Positions 8,238-18,720 of a stretch of 64,000 nucleotides of DNA are shown here, in pieces. The first letter of the stretch is position 1. The number at the start of each line of letters is the position of its first letter. The position numbers and the translations under genes are program-made. Source of the stretch: an uncultured delta proteobacterium (lineage in GTDB: Bacteria > Desulfobacterota > BSN033 > UBA1163); the NCBI GenBank assembly GCA_963827685.1, contig CAWHBU010000005.1:160001-224000 (forward strand). Direction: 5' to 3'. The notes under the pieces were generated by a model. It saw nothing but the letters and a program-made list of their open reading frames with translations. It was not told the origin of the DNA and ran no database searches.

Positions 8238-9710
8238 TTACCAATGGAAGAACTTCTTCCGGGTCCAATGCATAAGCTTGATATCCAAGCCTCGATTAAA
8301 ATTATGTTTTCGCCATCTCCATCTGTAGAAGTTTGCAATGTACCGGAGTGGAAACAAAGGGACAGGCACTCCACCCAAGGCTTGTCGTAGCCTACGTTCC
8401 AATCTAGTCCCATCAATGAGTTTGGATGTGAACATAATGGTCTCTAGCAAGTTGAGCCTGTCCTGGATCCAGGGAGTTGCTAAGTGCTGGCGATGGAAAA
8501 CAGTCCACTTCTCCAAAGAATCTGGAGGATTGAACCCATGCTCCATGGCAAAATCAAATATTTCTGTGCCTGGATACGGGACAAGGACATAGAAACCTGA
8601 TATTTGTGCCTTGGGGTTGTCGTCAAGCAACTGAATGGCAAGGTCTACGCTTTGCATCAATTCATCATATGTTTCGGTAGGAAACCCCATCATGAGGTTG
8701 TAGAGAGGCTCAATGCTCGTCTGGGCGAGGCGACGGTTAGCTTCTATCATGTCGGCTACAGTCTCTCCTTTCTTGATCAGTTTCAGTATACGCTCTGAAC
8801 CTGATTCTATTCCCGGTTGTACCGCACATAGCCCCCCCTTCTCCATCTTAGATAGATTCACTCTTCGAAGTCCGTCCATCCTTCCTTGAATCCACCATCT
8901 GAACTTGCCATCAATTAATGCGGCAATCTTTTCCGCCCTTGCTCCATTGATTAAAAATTCTTCATCGTGGAAAGTAACTGCATCTAGATCAAATCTACCA
9001 ACAAGGTCTGCTAGTTGCTCATAGGTTTTCTTCGCACTCATGCTTCTCCAGCGTCGTCGAGATAGCCGAGGGTTACAACAGTATGTGCATTGCCACGGAC
9101 ATCCGCGGCTGGATATGAATATCAGGCTCCTGGTGGTTTCCCCAAGAAATCTGCCCTGACTCCCAATATACTTCTCTACACCCACCAAGTGGTAGGGGAG
9201 TTCGGGGAGATTCTCAATATCCACAAAATCCTCTGCTTCTGTCTTGATAACTTTATCCCCGTGTTTGAACGTGATACCTCTGACATTTGCCAGATTCTGT
9301 TTTTTCTCCAAGGCTCTTAATAGGTTGCGGAAGCTCAATTCTCCTTCCCCAACCACTACAATATCAACCAGGGGATGTTGAACGGTTTGCTCCGGTAGCA
9401 GTGTCGCGTGGACGCCGCCCCAGACGAGTCTAGTTGAGTCACCATTTTCCTCTTTAACTATCTTAGCGGCTTCAAGTGCAAAGTGTATTTGGGGGCTGGT
9501 CATAGCAGTTACCCCAACACATAAGGGCTGCGACTTCAATTCTTGCTTGAGGCTCTCTTCCCAATGAGGATCTACCCGCTGGTCAATGATTTTGACATTA
9601 TAGTCCCGCGACACAAGGTTACTCACTGCGAGTAAGGACAGCGGTAGATCCACTGAAACCTTGGGAATGTCAAAACCAGTTTTGGGATACACCAATACTA
9701 CGTCTGCCAT
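8238..9710 (-). CDS. Cobalamin-binding radical SAM protein
   Basis: N-terminal B12-binding domain (VWGGVHAT, VVGEGE); SRGCPWQCTYC (CxxxCxxC); GIESG. Confidence 0.9.
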   Translation of the reverse strand: MADVVLVYPKTGFDIPKVSVDLPLSLLAVSNLVSRDYNVKIIDQRVDPHWEESLKQELKSQPLCVGVTAMTSPQIHFALEAAKIVKEENGDSTRLVWGGVHATLLPEQTVQHPLVDIVVVGEGELSFRNLLRALEKKQNLANVRGITFKHGDKVIKTEAEDFVDIENLPELPYHLVGVEKYIGSQGRFLGETTRSLIFISSRGCPWQCTYCCNPRLSRRRWRSMSAKKTYEQLADLVGRFDLDAVTFHDEEFLINGARAEKIAALIDGKFRWWIQGRMDGLRRVNLSKMEKGGLCAVQPGIESGSERILKLIKKGETVADMIEANRRLAQTSIEPLYNLMMGFPTETYDELMQSVDLAIQLLDDNPKAQISGFYVLVPYPGTEIFDFAMEHGFNPPDSLEKWTVFHRQHLATPWIQDRLNLLETIMFTSKLIDGTRLERRLRQALGGVPVPLFPLRYIANFYRWRWRKHNFNRGLDIKLMHWTRKKFFHW

Positions 9711-9854
9711 TTTATTCTTCTTTTACAATTTGATATAAAAGGTAAGCGGTTATGAAACTGAATGCTACAGACATGGCGCCAGCCAGTTGAACAATTCTTC
9801 TATGATGTGTTGTCCGCCAGAACATACTTGAATACAGTAGTTACTCTTTCCGCT

Positions 9855-10580
9855 TCATAAACGTTTCAATACGAAGTTGAAGTTATTCCTCAGCCTGCCT
9901 ATATACGGCAACCGGCATAGCATTCTATCGAGGCTCCACAGCACACTCACCATATGATTGATTTTAGGTAAATTCATTGGAAAGAATTGGAATTGTTCCG
10001 TGGTCAGAACCGTAAATCCTTCTTGCCGAAGAATGCTAACCACATCCGACAGTCCATAGGAACGAAGGTTCGTGTAAGGGCTGTGGCCACTGAGCCCCAT
10101 TTTTGTAAGCCAGTATTTTTTGTTTGGAAAGACTCCACAAAAATAAAGTCCGCCATCGTATAGTATGCGTCGTACGTTCCGGATAAACGTCCGTATATCC
10201 TCAATCAACTCGAGCACTGCCGCCTCAAACAGTCCCCCAAGAAAAACATCTGGGTAGATTGACAGATCTCCATCTTGTTGGATGCTGTAGGGGATCCTCA
10301 GGCGTTTTAGGACTTCTTCATAATGCGGTTTGACTTCAAACACCGTAACTTCGTAGCCCCAGTTTTTTAAGAAGAAGGAGACTTTCCCAAACCCTCCCCC
10401 AAGATCAAGCAGACGCGTACCTCGTCGGCAATACCGGCGAACCTGATCGGCTATACATAGGTAACGCATGATTCCGAGGCGACTGGCAATTCGATTTGCA
10501 TCATCAGAAATACGAGGACGGGTAGTCCCGATCTTCAGAATTGTTTCGACTGCTTCGTGATTCTCTGCCAGTAGCTTCAT
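9855..10580 (-). CDS. Class I SAM-dependent methyltransferase
   Basis: LLDLGGGFG motif I; ATG at 10580 overlaps the upstream stop. Confidence 0.75.
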   Translation of the reverse strand: MKLLAENHEAVETILKIGTTRPRISDDANRIASRLGIMRYLCIADQVRRYCRRGTRLLDLGGGFGKVSFFLKNWGYEVTVFEVKPHYEEVLKRLRIPYSIQQDGDLSIYPDVFLGGLFEAAVLELIEDIRTFIRNVRRILYDGGLYFCGVFPNKKYWLTKMGLSGHSPYTNLRSYGLSDVVSILRQEGFTVLTTEQFQFFPMNLPKINHMVSVLWSLDRMLCRLPYIGRLRNNFNFVLKRL

Positions 10581-11689
10581 TGCTTCGGACCTAGCTTCCG
10601 GATCGCTTGACATACTATATTGATCTGTTCGTCAGTGAGTGCACAACCCGAAGGTAGATAGAGGCCTCGCATCCATAGGTTTTCGGCCTCTGGACAAGGC
10701 AATGGTCGCACGGCATTTCTCTTTTGATAGACCGGTTGAATATTGAGGGGGTAGAAGAAGGTGCGTGTATCGATTTTACGCTCGGACAACGCTTTAGCCA
10801 AATCATCGCGCGTTATTCCAAACTCTGGATCAACCACGATGCCATACATCCAATAAATGTTCCTTGCATAATCTTTCTCAACAGGCAAACGCAGTCCCCG
10901 CACCCCAACTAATTGCTCGGTGTATTTGCGAGCGATTGCCCGCTTCGTTTCGATGATTTCTTCAATGCGTTCCAACTGAGCTAAGCCGATTGCAGCCTGA
11001 ACGTTCGTCATGCGATAGTTGAAGCCGAGTTCTTCATGGCGAAAACGTGGTTGAGAAAAGGCTAAATTCCTCAGCAACCTGGCTTTGTCAGCCAGATCAG
11101 GATTGTTCGTCGTGATCATTCCGCCTTCACCCGTGGTGATGACCTTATTAGCATAGAAACTAAAGCATGCCAGGTCCCCAAGGCTGCCAACTTTGCGGCC
11201 TTTACAAAGCGCCCCATGAGCCTCCGCGCAATCTTCTACCACAAACAATTTATATTTCTTAGCAACTCTGTTTACCTCATCCATGTCCACCGGATGGCCG
11301 TAGATATGAACTGGCAGGATTGCTTTTGTGCTTGAGGTAACGGCTCGTTCAAGCAAGCGCGTGTCCATATTCCATGTGTCCCGCTCAGAATCAATCGGGA
11401 CAATAACCCCCCCCTCCATCACCACGCAATTACCGCATGCAATGTTGGTGCAAGCATTTACCAGTACTTCATCACCGGGTTGAATCCCAATTACCGCCAT
11501 GGCAAGGTGCAGCGCAGTCGAGCCACTCGAGGTCGAGATTCCAAATTTGCAATCACAATAAGCAGCAAATTTGTCTTCAAACAGTTTAATGAACCTGCCA
11601 AATGAACCAGATATTTCTCCTGAACGAATAGCTTCTATAGCCAGTTCTACTTCTTTATCTTCGATAACAGGCTGGTGAACCGGAATCAC
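10577..11689 (-). CDS. DegT/DnrJ/EryC1/StrS aminotransferase (perosamine synthase-like)
   Basis: EDCAEAHGA, SFYANKVITTGEGG. Confidence 0.9.
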   Translation of the reverse strand: MIPVHQPVIEDKEVELAIEAIRSGEISGSFGRFIKLFEDKFAAYCDCKFGISTSSGSTALHLAMAVIGIQPGDEVLVNACTNIACGNCVVMEGGVIVPIDSERDTWNMDTRLLERAVTSSTKAILPVHIYGHPVDMDEVNRVAKKYKLFVVEDCAEAHGALCKGRKVGSLGDLACFSFYANKVITTGEGGMITTNNPDLADKARLLRNLAFSQPRFRHEELGFNYRMTNVQAAIGLAQLERIEEIIETKRAIARKYTEQLVGVRGLRLPVEKDYARNIYWMYGIVVDPEFGITRDDLAKALSERKIDTRTFFYPLNIQPVYQKRNAVRPLPCPEAENLWMRGLYLPSGCALTDEQINIVCQAIRKLGPKQ

Positions 11690-12105
11690 AGTTGCTCCTC
11701 AGACAAATAAACTTTCTCAGCTTCCACGCCATAGTAAGGTCCTTGTTTGACTTCAAGTATACAGCAGCGTTCCAGGACCCTTAATCCGTGCCCACCATTC
11801 ATTAGGATAATTACATCTCCTGCTGCCATTTGTTGGACCCCCAATAGTTTCCCAACGGGCGAATAGAACTGGATCTCTATCCGACCCTCTATGACAAAGA
11901 GTACTTCGTAAGTCGAATGCACCAACTTGTCTTGATTGCGATGAACGTGAGGTTTAATATACTTTTCGGCGGGGTGAACTAGAAGACCAAGTTGCAGCGG
12001 CATGCTACTCGGTGTCAGAAAATGGACACCTTCTTCAAGGGGCTGCTTCGGGAACAGAAGGGCATACTGAACTCCATTAAATTCAATTGGTATCATACTA
12101 GCCAT
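11686..12105 (-). CDS. Cupin-fold protein (WbuC-like)
   Basis: PHVH...YEVLFVIEG...GGHG...EVKQGPY. Confidence 0.7.
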   Translation of the reverse strand: MASMIPIEFNGVQYALLFPKQPLEEGVHFLTPSSMPLQLGLLVHPAEKYIKPHVHRNQDKLVHSTYEVLFVIEGRIEIQFYSPVGKLLGVQQMAAGDVIILMNGGHGLRVLERCCILEVKQGPYYGVEAEKVYLSEEQL

Positions 12106-12115
12106 GGTGATTGTC

Positions 12116-13300
12116 CTACTTTGATCTCGTTTTTTGATTCGCCAAATTCAGGTAAATCTTCTCAATCTGACGACACAGATTTTCCACACTATATTGCCGC
12201 GCCCATTCAATCGCTCTCCGACTCATTTCCTGTCTGTGCTTGACATCGCTCTTGAAGTACTCATGAAGCTTGTCAGCAATGGCTCTTGGTGTTTCCTCTG
12301 TTACCCATTGACCATTTTGCCCTTCGACAATTAAGTTTTCATCCAGGCCTAATGGATGCCGCACAGCAATAGTCGGAACTCCACAGGCATTCGCCTCCAG
12401 GCAGGTAATACTGCCCCCACCCTCTTTAGTAGAAGGATTGACAAAAAGTTGCGCCGACTTGACGTAGCCTAACAAATCATCATAATGTTCGATGCGCCCG
12501 AGGAAATCAACCTGCGATCCAATTTGTAACTCTTGTGCCAGCTTCTCGAGGTTCTGACGCTCCGGGCCATCACCTAAGATCTTTGTTCCAAGAACTAGAC
12601 CTTCATTCCTGCACAATGCAAGCGCTTTTAATAATACACCCACATTTTTGTGATCCTTTAGGCGCCCGAAATAACACACCTCGTAAGGCGAGCCGATGGG
12701 TACTAGTTCCACAATGTGTTCGTAGTCAATCCAGTTCGGGACATAGTACGTCGAACCTGGGTCACAACCAATCGCCAACAGTTGCCGATGCGAGTGGTCT
12801 GAAACAGCGATGATGTTGCCGGCAAATCGAGCAGTCCATCGCTCGACTAATCTCCCTACTTTTCCTTTGCTCTGCCCTAGATATTCTAGCCAATGATCAC
12901 CCCAGAACTCATACCAGCTTACAACGACTGGCGTGTGCCGCAACACTGTGTAAAGCTTGCCCGCGAACAAATGAAAAAATGGATATTGAGACATATCCAC
13001 AACGTCGAACTGTTCGCGCATCAACACTAATCCTAGCGCCGGTACCCCAAACTGAAGTGCCTCCTTGATCGAACGCCGGCTACCGTTGAAGGCGTCGATC
13101 CGGTCGATAATGCAACGGATTCGTATGCCTTCAACAAGCTGTTGGGGGGCACCATCCCACTGCCTGGAAGTAAACCAAGTAACACAGTGCCCTTTTGAGA
13201 CCAAATATTTTGCCAGTGTATAATAACGACTTTCAACTCCGCCCTTGGTAAAAGGATAACAGAAATCAGAGACTAAAGCGACCTTAAGTCTATACTGCAT
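12116..13300 (-). CDS. Glycosyltransferase family 4
   Basis: KGGVE, GRLKDHKN, EGGGSITCLEANACG (Ex7E-type). Start placed at ATG 13300 because the longer ORF begins inside the IS end. Confidence 0.88.
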   Translation of the reverse strand: MQYRLKVALVSDFCYPFTKGGVESRYYTLAKYLVSKGHCVTWFTSRQWDGAPQQLVEGIRIRCIIDRIDAFNGSRRSIKEALQFGVPALGLVLMREQFDVVDMSQYPFFHLFAGKLYTVLRHTPVVVSWYEFWGDHWLEYLGQSKGKVGRLVERWTARFAGNIIAVSDHSHRQLLAIGCDPGSTYYVPNWIDYEHIVELVPIGSPYEVCYFGRLKDHKNVGVLLKALALCRNEGLVLGTKILGDGPERQNLEKLAQELQIGSQVDFLGRIEHYDDLLGYVKSAQLFVNPSTKEGGGSITCLEANACGVPTIAVRHPLGLDENLIVEGQNGQWVTEETPRAIADKLHEYFKSDVKHRQEMSRRAIEWARQYSVENLCRQIEKIYLNLANQKTRSK

Positions 13301-13464
13301 CTTTTGATTATCAATCCTATGGAACCCGGCCCAATTAGGAAAACAACTATTTGGACAAAATATGAATGATAGATATGTTTGGAGTGCACCCCTGAAACTG
13401 GACAAAATGTGTTAGAGTGGTGACAGGATCTTAGCCCCCTGAATGGGGGAGAAAGGATCTTGTC

Positions 13465-13812
13465 ATGAGAAACCAACGGCGCTTTTCTCCAGAACTTAAA
13501 CGTTCTATCGTCGAAGAGCTTTTGAGCCAAACCTCCTCTCCTGCCCAGATCTGTCGACGCCATAATATCTCCTCCGGCCTCCTCTATCATTGGAAAAGAC
13601 AATATGCCCGAGGGAAATTCGGCAATGAACCGACCAAGGAAGCAGCCCTGGCCGATCGCGTCGAACAGCTGGAACGACTGGTCGGCCAGTTGACCCTGGA
13701 AAAAGAGTTCTTAAAAAAAGCCTTGAAACATACCCTCGAAAAAGCCGACAGAAGAGAGAATTCCTTCTCCATCACCTCCATAAAGGAATCCAAGGGGGGT
13801 GTCAGCTCATGA
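13465..13812 (+). CDS. IS3 transposase OrfA (HTH)
   Basis: RRFSPELKRSIV...ICRRHNISSGLLYHWKRQY. A7G slippery site at 13713-13720; its -1 frame is open into orfB. Confidence 0.9.
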   Translation: MRNQRRFSPELKRSIVEELLSQTSSPAQICRRHNISSGLLYHWKRQYARGKFGNEPTKEAALADRVEQLERLVGQLTLEKEFLKKALKHTLEKADRRENSFSITSIKESKGGVSS

Positions 13813-14633
13813 ATCTTCCGAGGAGTAGCTTCTATTATCCGCCGAGAGAGAAAACGCCCTCTCAACAAGAACAGGAGAAGACTCTCGAGGGACGAATTGA
13901 AGCCCTCTGTTTGGAATTCCCTCGCTATGGCTATCGAAGGGTAACGGCTCAGTTGCATCGTGAAGGTCTTCTCATCAACCACAAGAAAGTCCTTAAGATC
14001 ATGAAAGCCAATGATTTAGTCTGCCGCCCGCACAGGAAATGGGTCAGAACGACCCAGAGCGATCATGGCTACCCCCTCTATCCCAATCTTCTGAAGGATC
14101 GTCCTATTACGGCCATCAATCAGGCTTGGGTTGCCGATATTACCTATATCCGTATTACTTCGTGCTTTGTCTATCTGTCTGTTCTGTTGGATCTCTTCTC
14201 TCGAAAGGCTATCGGCTATGCGGTGTCTCAAAGTCTTCATGCCTCATTGACTCTTCAAGCCTTAGGGATGGCTTTGTCTCAAAGGGACCCTCCCCGAGGC
14301 TGCATCCACCACTCTGACCAAGGGGTTCAGTATGCCTCTTGGGAGTATGTTCAAAGGTTGAAGAATCACCATTTTCAAATCAGCATGGCTCGTAGAGGAA
14401 ACCCCTATGATAATGCCTTTGCTGAGAGCTTTATTAAGACCCTCAAGAGTGAGGAAATCGATCTTTGGGAGTATCGGACTCTTGAGGACGTTCACCAACG
14501 ACTTCCCTTTTTTATTGAAGAAGTGTATAACAAGAAACGATTGCACTCTGCACTGGGATATTTACCCCCAGATGAATTTGAAGCCATGGTCATAAAGACT
14601 AATAACTTTCTACACCCCTGTCTATCACTCTAA
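13809..14633 (+). CDS. IS3 transposase OrfB (DDE, rve)
   Basis: YGYRR, WVADITY, HHSDQGVQY, DNAFAESF; ATGA overlap with orfA. Confidence 0.92.
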   Translation: MNLPRSSFYYPPREKTPSQQEQEKTLEGRIEALCLEFPRYGYRRVTAQLHREGLLINHKKVLKIMKANDLVCRPHRKWVRTTQSDHGYPLYPNLLKDRPITAINQAWVADITYIRITSCFVYLSVLLDLFSRKAIGYAVSQSLHASLTLQALGMALSQRDPPRGCIHHSDQGVQYASWEYVQRLKNHHFQISMARRGNPYDNAFAESFIKTLKSEEIDLWEYRTLEDVHQRLPFFIEEVYNKKRLHSALGYLPPDEFEAMVIKTNNFLHPCLSL

Positions 14634-14738
14634 GTTTGATTGTCCAATCCCAGGGGTTCAGTCCAGTTTGTGATAATTAAGATAACCGATAATATGAATA
14701 ACGACCCTCAAAATGAAAGGCGCCGAATCGGGATTATT

Positions 14739-16226
14739 TCATTCACCTGTGGATTTATTCAGACTATTCGTTCTTAATCCCCAATCATATATTGTTACAC
14801 CTATTCTTCTAATAAGCTTCGATTTCAATAAGTTTTCCTGAAGGAAATCAGACATATAAGCCTTTGAAATCAATATATTTAAAATGGGCAGCCGTTCAAA
14901 ACGCCGCTGTATGGCAACCTTTCTTATATTGTATCGAACTCGTTTTGTATATTTTAAGGCCTTGATACGAGTTTCTAAATCCATCTCGGCGGTAACAAAA
15001 ACCGGTTGGCTATCCCAAGCATTGGCATCATTCAGATAGTTTTCTGAATCTCTAATAAACAAATTATTGTTCTTCACATATTCATATAAGTCGCTCCCAG
15101 GAAAAGGAATGGCATTAAAAAATTTAGCATCAAAAATAGGATACTTTTGGGCTAGATTGACTGACTCTTCTAATGCAGCCCAATCTTCCCCAGGGCAACC
15201 AACAATGAAAAACAAGACAACATCCAATCCAATTCTACATGCATATTCCGTCATATCACAAACTGCTTCTATCTTGAGATGTTTTCGCATTAATCTACGA
15301 ACTGTCTCATTTGCACTTTCCACTCCAAAAGCAATATACTCCCAACCAATAGATTTCATACGGTCTAGCATATCTTTATCACAGCAATCTGCCCTCAAAC
15401 CGTTCGGAGATCTAAAATGCAACCCTTTCAATCCTCGTTTTTCTATCCTATCAGCAAACTCAAAAATGCGAGATTTTTTGGTAGTAAAACAGTCATCAAC
15501 TATAGCGAATCTACGCTTTCCTAGCTCATACCAAAACTCGATCTCGTCTACCACGTTGTCTGCTGAACGTGGTATCCATTTTCTGCCTATGGATCGTTCG
15601 ATAGAACAGAAGGTGCACGTAAATGGACAGCCCCGTGAAGAAACTATAGGTACTTCATCATATACATAGCGATTCAATTCAAAATGATTATATGTTGGAA
15701 ATGGGATTGAATCTAAATCAATAATGCGGGATCTTTCTCCTGTAAAGCATACCTCCCCATTTTTTCTGTATAAGAGTCCAGCAATTTGAGAGAGATCCTC
15801 GCCGCGACATAATTCCATTAAAGCCGGCTCCCCTTCTCCCGTTATTGCCAAATCAATTTCGGGGCAAGCTTTTAACACGTTGTCTTGCAATGCTGATACA
15901 TGCGGTCCCCCTACAAGAATTACAGCTGTGTCTCCTACAAATTCTCTTATTTTTCTTATCGTCCTATAGTGATTCATAAATTGGAGTGACATAAGGCTCA
16001 GCCCGATCAAGTCGGGTTTATGTTCTTGCAGTTCATTTTTTAACTCCGAATCAGAATATTTGAAACGCAGATCCATTATTCTGTGGTTTGTGCCTCCTAA
16101 CTGAAGTACCTCTGAAAGGTACCCCAATCCAACAGGTGCATGGGTGACTCCATATCTAGTCTCTAGGTAATCCGGAAAAAGCAAAAGAACGTTGTTGAAC
16201 CGCATATTAAAGCCCCCGCGTATCAT
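14739..16226 (-). CDS. Cobalamin-binding radical SAM protein
   Basis: VGGPHVS, GEGE, SRGCPFTCTFC, FGVES. Confidence 0.9.
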   Translation of the reverse strand: MIRGGFNMRFNNVLLLFPDYLETRYGVTHAPVGLGYLSEVLQLGGTNHRIMDLRFKYSDSELKNELQEHKPDLIGLSLMSLQFMNHYRTIRKIREFVGDTAVILVGGPHVSALQDNVLKACPEIDLAITGEGEPALMELCRGEDLSQIAGLLYRKNGEVCFTGERSRIIDLDSIPFPTYNHFELNRYVYDEVPIVSSRGCPFTCTFCSIERSIGRKWIPRSADNVVDEIEFWYELGKRRFAIVDDCFTTKKSRIFEFADRIEKRGLKGLHFRSPNGLRADCCDKDMLDRMKSIGWEYIAFGVESANETVRRLMRKHLKIEAVCDMTEYACRIGLDVVLFFIVGCPGEDWAALEESVNLAQKYPIFDAKFFNAIPFPGSDLYEYVKNNNLFIRDSENYLNDANAWDSQPVFVTAEMDLETRIKALKYTKRVRYNIRKVAIQRRFERLPILNILISKAYMSDFLQENLLKSKLIRRIGVTIYDWGLRTNSLNKSTGE

Positions 16227-16229
16227 ATT

Positions 16230-17402
16230 TTATGCCAGTTTCAAACAATCCATGTATAACGAATAAATGTGATCAGTTACTATTTTCCAAGAGAATTTAT
16301 TTTCAACACGTAATCGGGCTCTTACTGATAGTTCCCTTCGAAGAGACTCATCGTAGTATAATTGTTTTAGGGCACTTTCAATTTCCGAGGCACTTCTTTC
16401 GGCGACTACTAATCCAGCATCACCAAGCACCTTTGGTATTTCACCACAATTTGAGCCTATCACTGGTATACCGCAGGCCATAGCCTCAATTATAATCCTT
16501 CCAAACTGTTCCTTCCAACCGGATACTGTGATGGAAGGCAAAACCAATACATCTAATTGCTGTAGATAGCTTGGCATATCGCTATTTTGTATTTTCCCTA
16601 GGAATGTCGTAGAGAATTCGATACCTAACTTATGACACAAGTCCTCTAAATCCCTTTTTTGAACCCCGTTTCCTGCCAATTTTAACCGATAAGGGAAAGG
16701 AAGGCGTGACGCTGCTCGCAGAATATATTCTACTCCCTTATGGTGAGCCATTTCCCCCGCATAACCAATCACCAAAGGCCTTTCTTTAGAGTTATAGATT
16801 CTAGATGTAGCTTGTGGATTAGCAGGACAAAATACGTCAATATCAACACCATGCGTAACCACTTTTAGAATGCCAGGATAACCCTTTAATCTAAGCACAT
16901 CCACTACGTCATCATTTCTCGCCATAACCATACAGGAGTTCTTCAAAACGAAATTTTCTATCCAACGAAAAGGGCATAAATGGTCCTTATAAATGTTCTG
17001 CGATGAATGCAAAATAAGCCGGGCTTTACTCAGCCAAGCCTTTTTGATTAGCGTTACTTGAAGAGCTAAAAGACTATAAGGTTCCACATCAAGATCAATA
17101 ATGTGCGGAGAAAATTTGCGTAGATCATTTATTAAAGAAGGAGCCATAATAAATAAATGCCATCGTTTGTTTCCCCAAATTTTCCAATTCATGAATGCTC
17201 TCTTCTCAACTACCTTCAAAGAAGCAGATGATTTTTCTTGAATTTTATCCGCCTTAAGGCCAATGTTATCCCACCACTCCTTTGGTACAACCACTAAATT
17301 GTCGGTTGGCCACGATGTTGCCAAGGTTTCGATTTTACGAAGGTATGTAGTAGATGCAAAAAAATATGAAATATGAGCTATTTTAATGCGTTTGTTTTGC
17401 AT
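16230..17402 (-). CDS. Glycosyltransferase family 4
   Basis: HKGV, EQFGRIIIEAMACG. Confidence 0.9.
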   Translation of the reverse strand: MQNKRIKIAHISYFFASTTYLRKIETLATSWPTDNLVVVPKEWWDNIGLKADKIQEKSSASLKVVEKRAFMNWKIWGNKRWHLFIMAPSLINDLRKFSPHIIDLDVEPYSLLALQVTLIKKAWLSKARLILHSSQNIYKDHLCPFRWIENFVLKNSCMVMARNDDVVDVLRLKGYPGILKVVTHGVDIDVFCPANPQATSRIYNSKERPLVIGYAGEMAHHKGVEYILRAASRLPFPYRLKLAGNGVQKRDLEDLCHKLGIEFSTTFLGKIQNSDMPSYLQQLDVLVLPSITVSGWKEQFGRIIIEAMACGIPVIGSNCGEIPKVLGDAGLVVAERSASEIESALKQLYYDESLRRELSVRARLRVENKFSWKIVTDHIYSLYMDCLKLA

Positions 17403-17626
17403 TTATGTTTTACTTTAGCCGGTATTTACGATAGATCGTTTACCTGGAACCTCGCGACGCTATTCTGACGAGACCTTTATTGCGCCTACACACCATGCAT
17501 CTCCCAGATTGGAAAAAAACCCAAATTCAAAACCGGGTAAAGGACACCCCACACCAATAAAACCAAGGTACGTTAGAGCCGCAACATAAATGTAACCGGC
17601 AACAATTGTCGTTGAGTTTAGAGCTA

Positions 17627-18451
17627 TCATTTCATAGCAACATACAAATAGTTTCCGTACTTCAGTCTCCTAAAAATGCGCCTAAACAGAGAGAAAGCCC
17701 ATGGATTTTCTGCCAATAAATGAGTAAATACAGCTCCAACTTTGCTATGGGGTAAATCAGGGAAGCAAATGGTTGTAGCAACGGCATTGTGAAATCCGGC
17801 TGATTCAAGGTAGCCGATTACTTCATCTGGCGAGTATTCCACAATATGCGATCTTGCATGTTTCCGACCTAGGACACGCTTCGGAAGGTTCAGCCTCCCA
17901 TCTGGCGTGCTCAGGCATAGTTTTCCTCCGGAAGCCATCACTCGATACACTTCATCCAGTACGCGCAGCATCTGTGAAGTTTCCATATGCTCTATAACAT
18001 CCATCATTACAACCAAATCGAAGAACGTCCCCGGAAAAGGAACATGATCTGCAGAAGCGCACACATAAATCTTACCCTGTGAGCAAAACCGGCGGGCCGC
18101 AAATCCTAGTGCATCCAAGTCTATATCTACACCAGCATAAAGATCCGCCTGCGGAAATAAATCGCTTCCTAGTCCCAAACTACAGCCCACATCTAACACT
18201 CGCGGGTGTCTTCCCGATACGGCAGCTACTGCAGCTTTATAACGCATTTGAGCGGCAGCGCGAGACCGGCGGACAATGACAGGTGGCATTCTTAGCCCAA
18301 TATTCGAAGTCCCTTGCATCCAAAACAGAATCTGCAAATCCAACTCAGAGAGTGGCTTGCACCTGCCACATATCTCTTCCCACTCAAACAATGACTTGGC
18401 TCTCCGTCGCTCTGGGCAAGTTAGGCAATACACTGTAGTCCTCATTCCCAT
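17627..18451 (-). CDS. Class I SAM-dependent methyltransferase (start uncertain)
   Basis: VLDVGCSLG, FDLVVMMDVIEH, LSTPD. Confidence 0.8.
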   Translation of the reverse strand: MGMRTTVYCLTCPERRRAKSLFEWEEICGRCKPLSELDLQILFWMQGTSNIGLRMPPVIVRRSRAAAQMRYKAAVAAVSGRHPRVLDVGCSLGLGSDLFPQADLYAGVDIDLDALGFAARRFCSQGKIYVCASADHVPFPGTFFDLVVMMDVIEHMETSQMLRVLDEVYRVMASGGKLCLSTPDGRLNLPKRVLGRKHARSHIVEYSPDEVIGYLESAGFHNAVATTICFPDLPHSKVGAVFTHLLAENPWAFSLFRRIFRRLKYGNYLYVAMK

Positions 18452-18720
18452 CTGGTCTGTGAAACGACATTTGAGCTATGCATAGAGAACACCTAAGCAT
18501 CAGATGGATACTTCCTAAATCCTTTGGCCGTAGCCGACTCCCGCCGATGGCCACTCGGGGGCCAAGTGGTGTTCGCATAATCGATTAGAAGTCGTCCCTT
18601 CATACTAATTTAAGTGGAGTCAAAAGATGAAATAGTACTCGACGGTTCTAAAGTTTTCTGTCATTACGATTTCATTTAGCTTTGCTTGAAAACGCATAAT
18701 ATCTTGATTTGAAGGCAACC

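Larger units (their letters stand above)
13380..14665 (+). mobile_element. IS3-family insertion sequence, 1286 bp, apparently intact
   Basis: TG...CA ends; 26-bp imperfect IRs (TGGAGTGCACCCCTGAAACTGGACAA vs TGGACTGAACCCCTGGGATTGGACAA); 3-bp TSD GTT at 13377-79 and 14666-68; orfA plus orfB. Confidence 0.93.

Noticed and set aside
13301-13405. N-terminal extension of the GT4 ORF (12116..13405)
   Set aside because: It starts inside the IS3 left IR; family similarity begins at MQYRLKVALVSD (13300).
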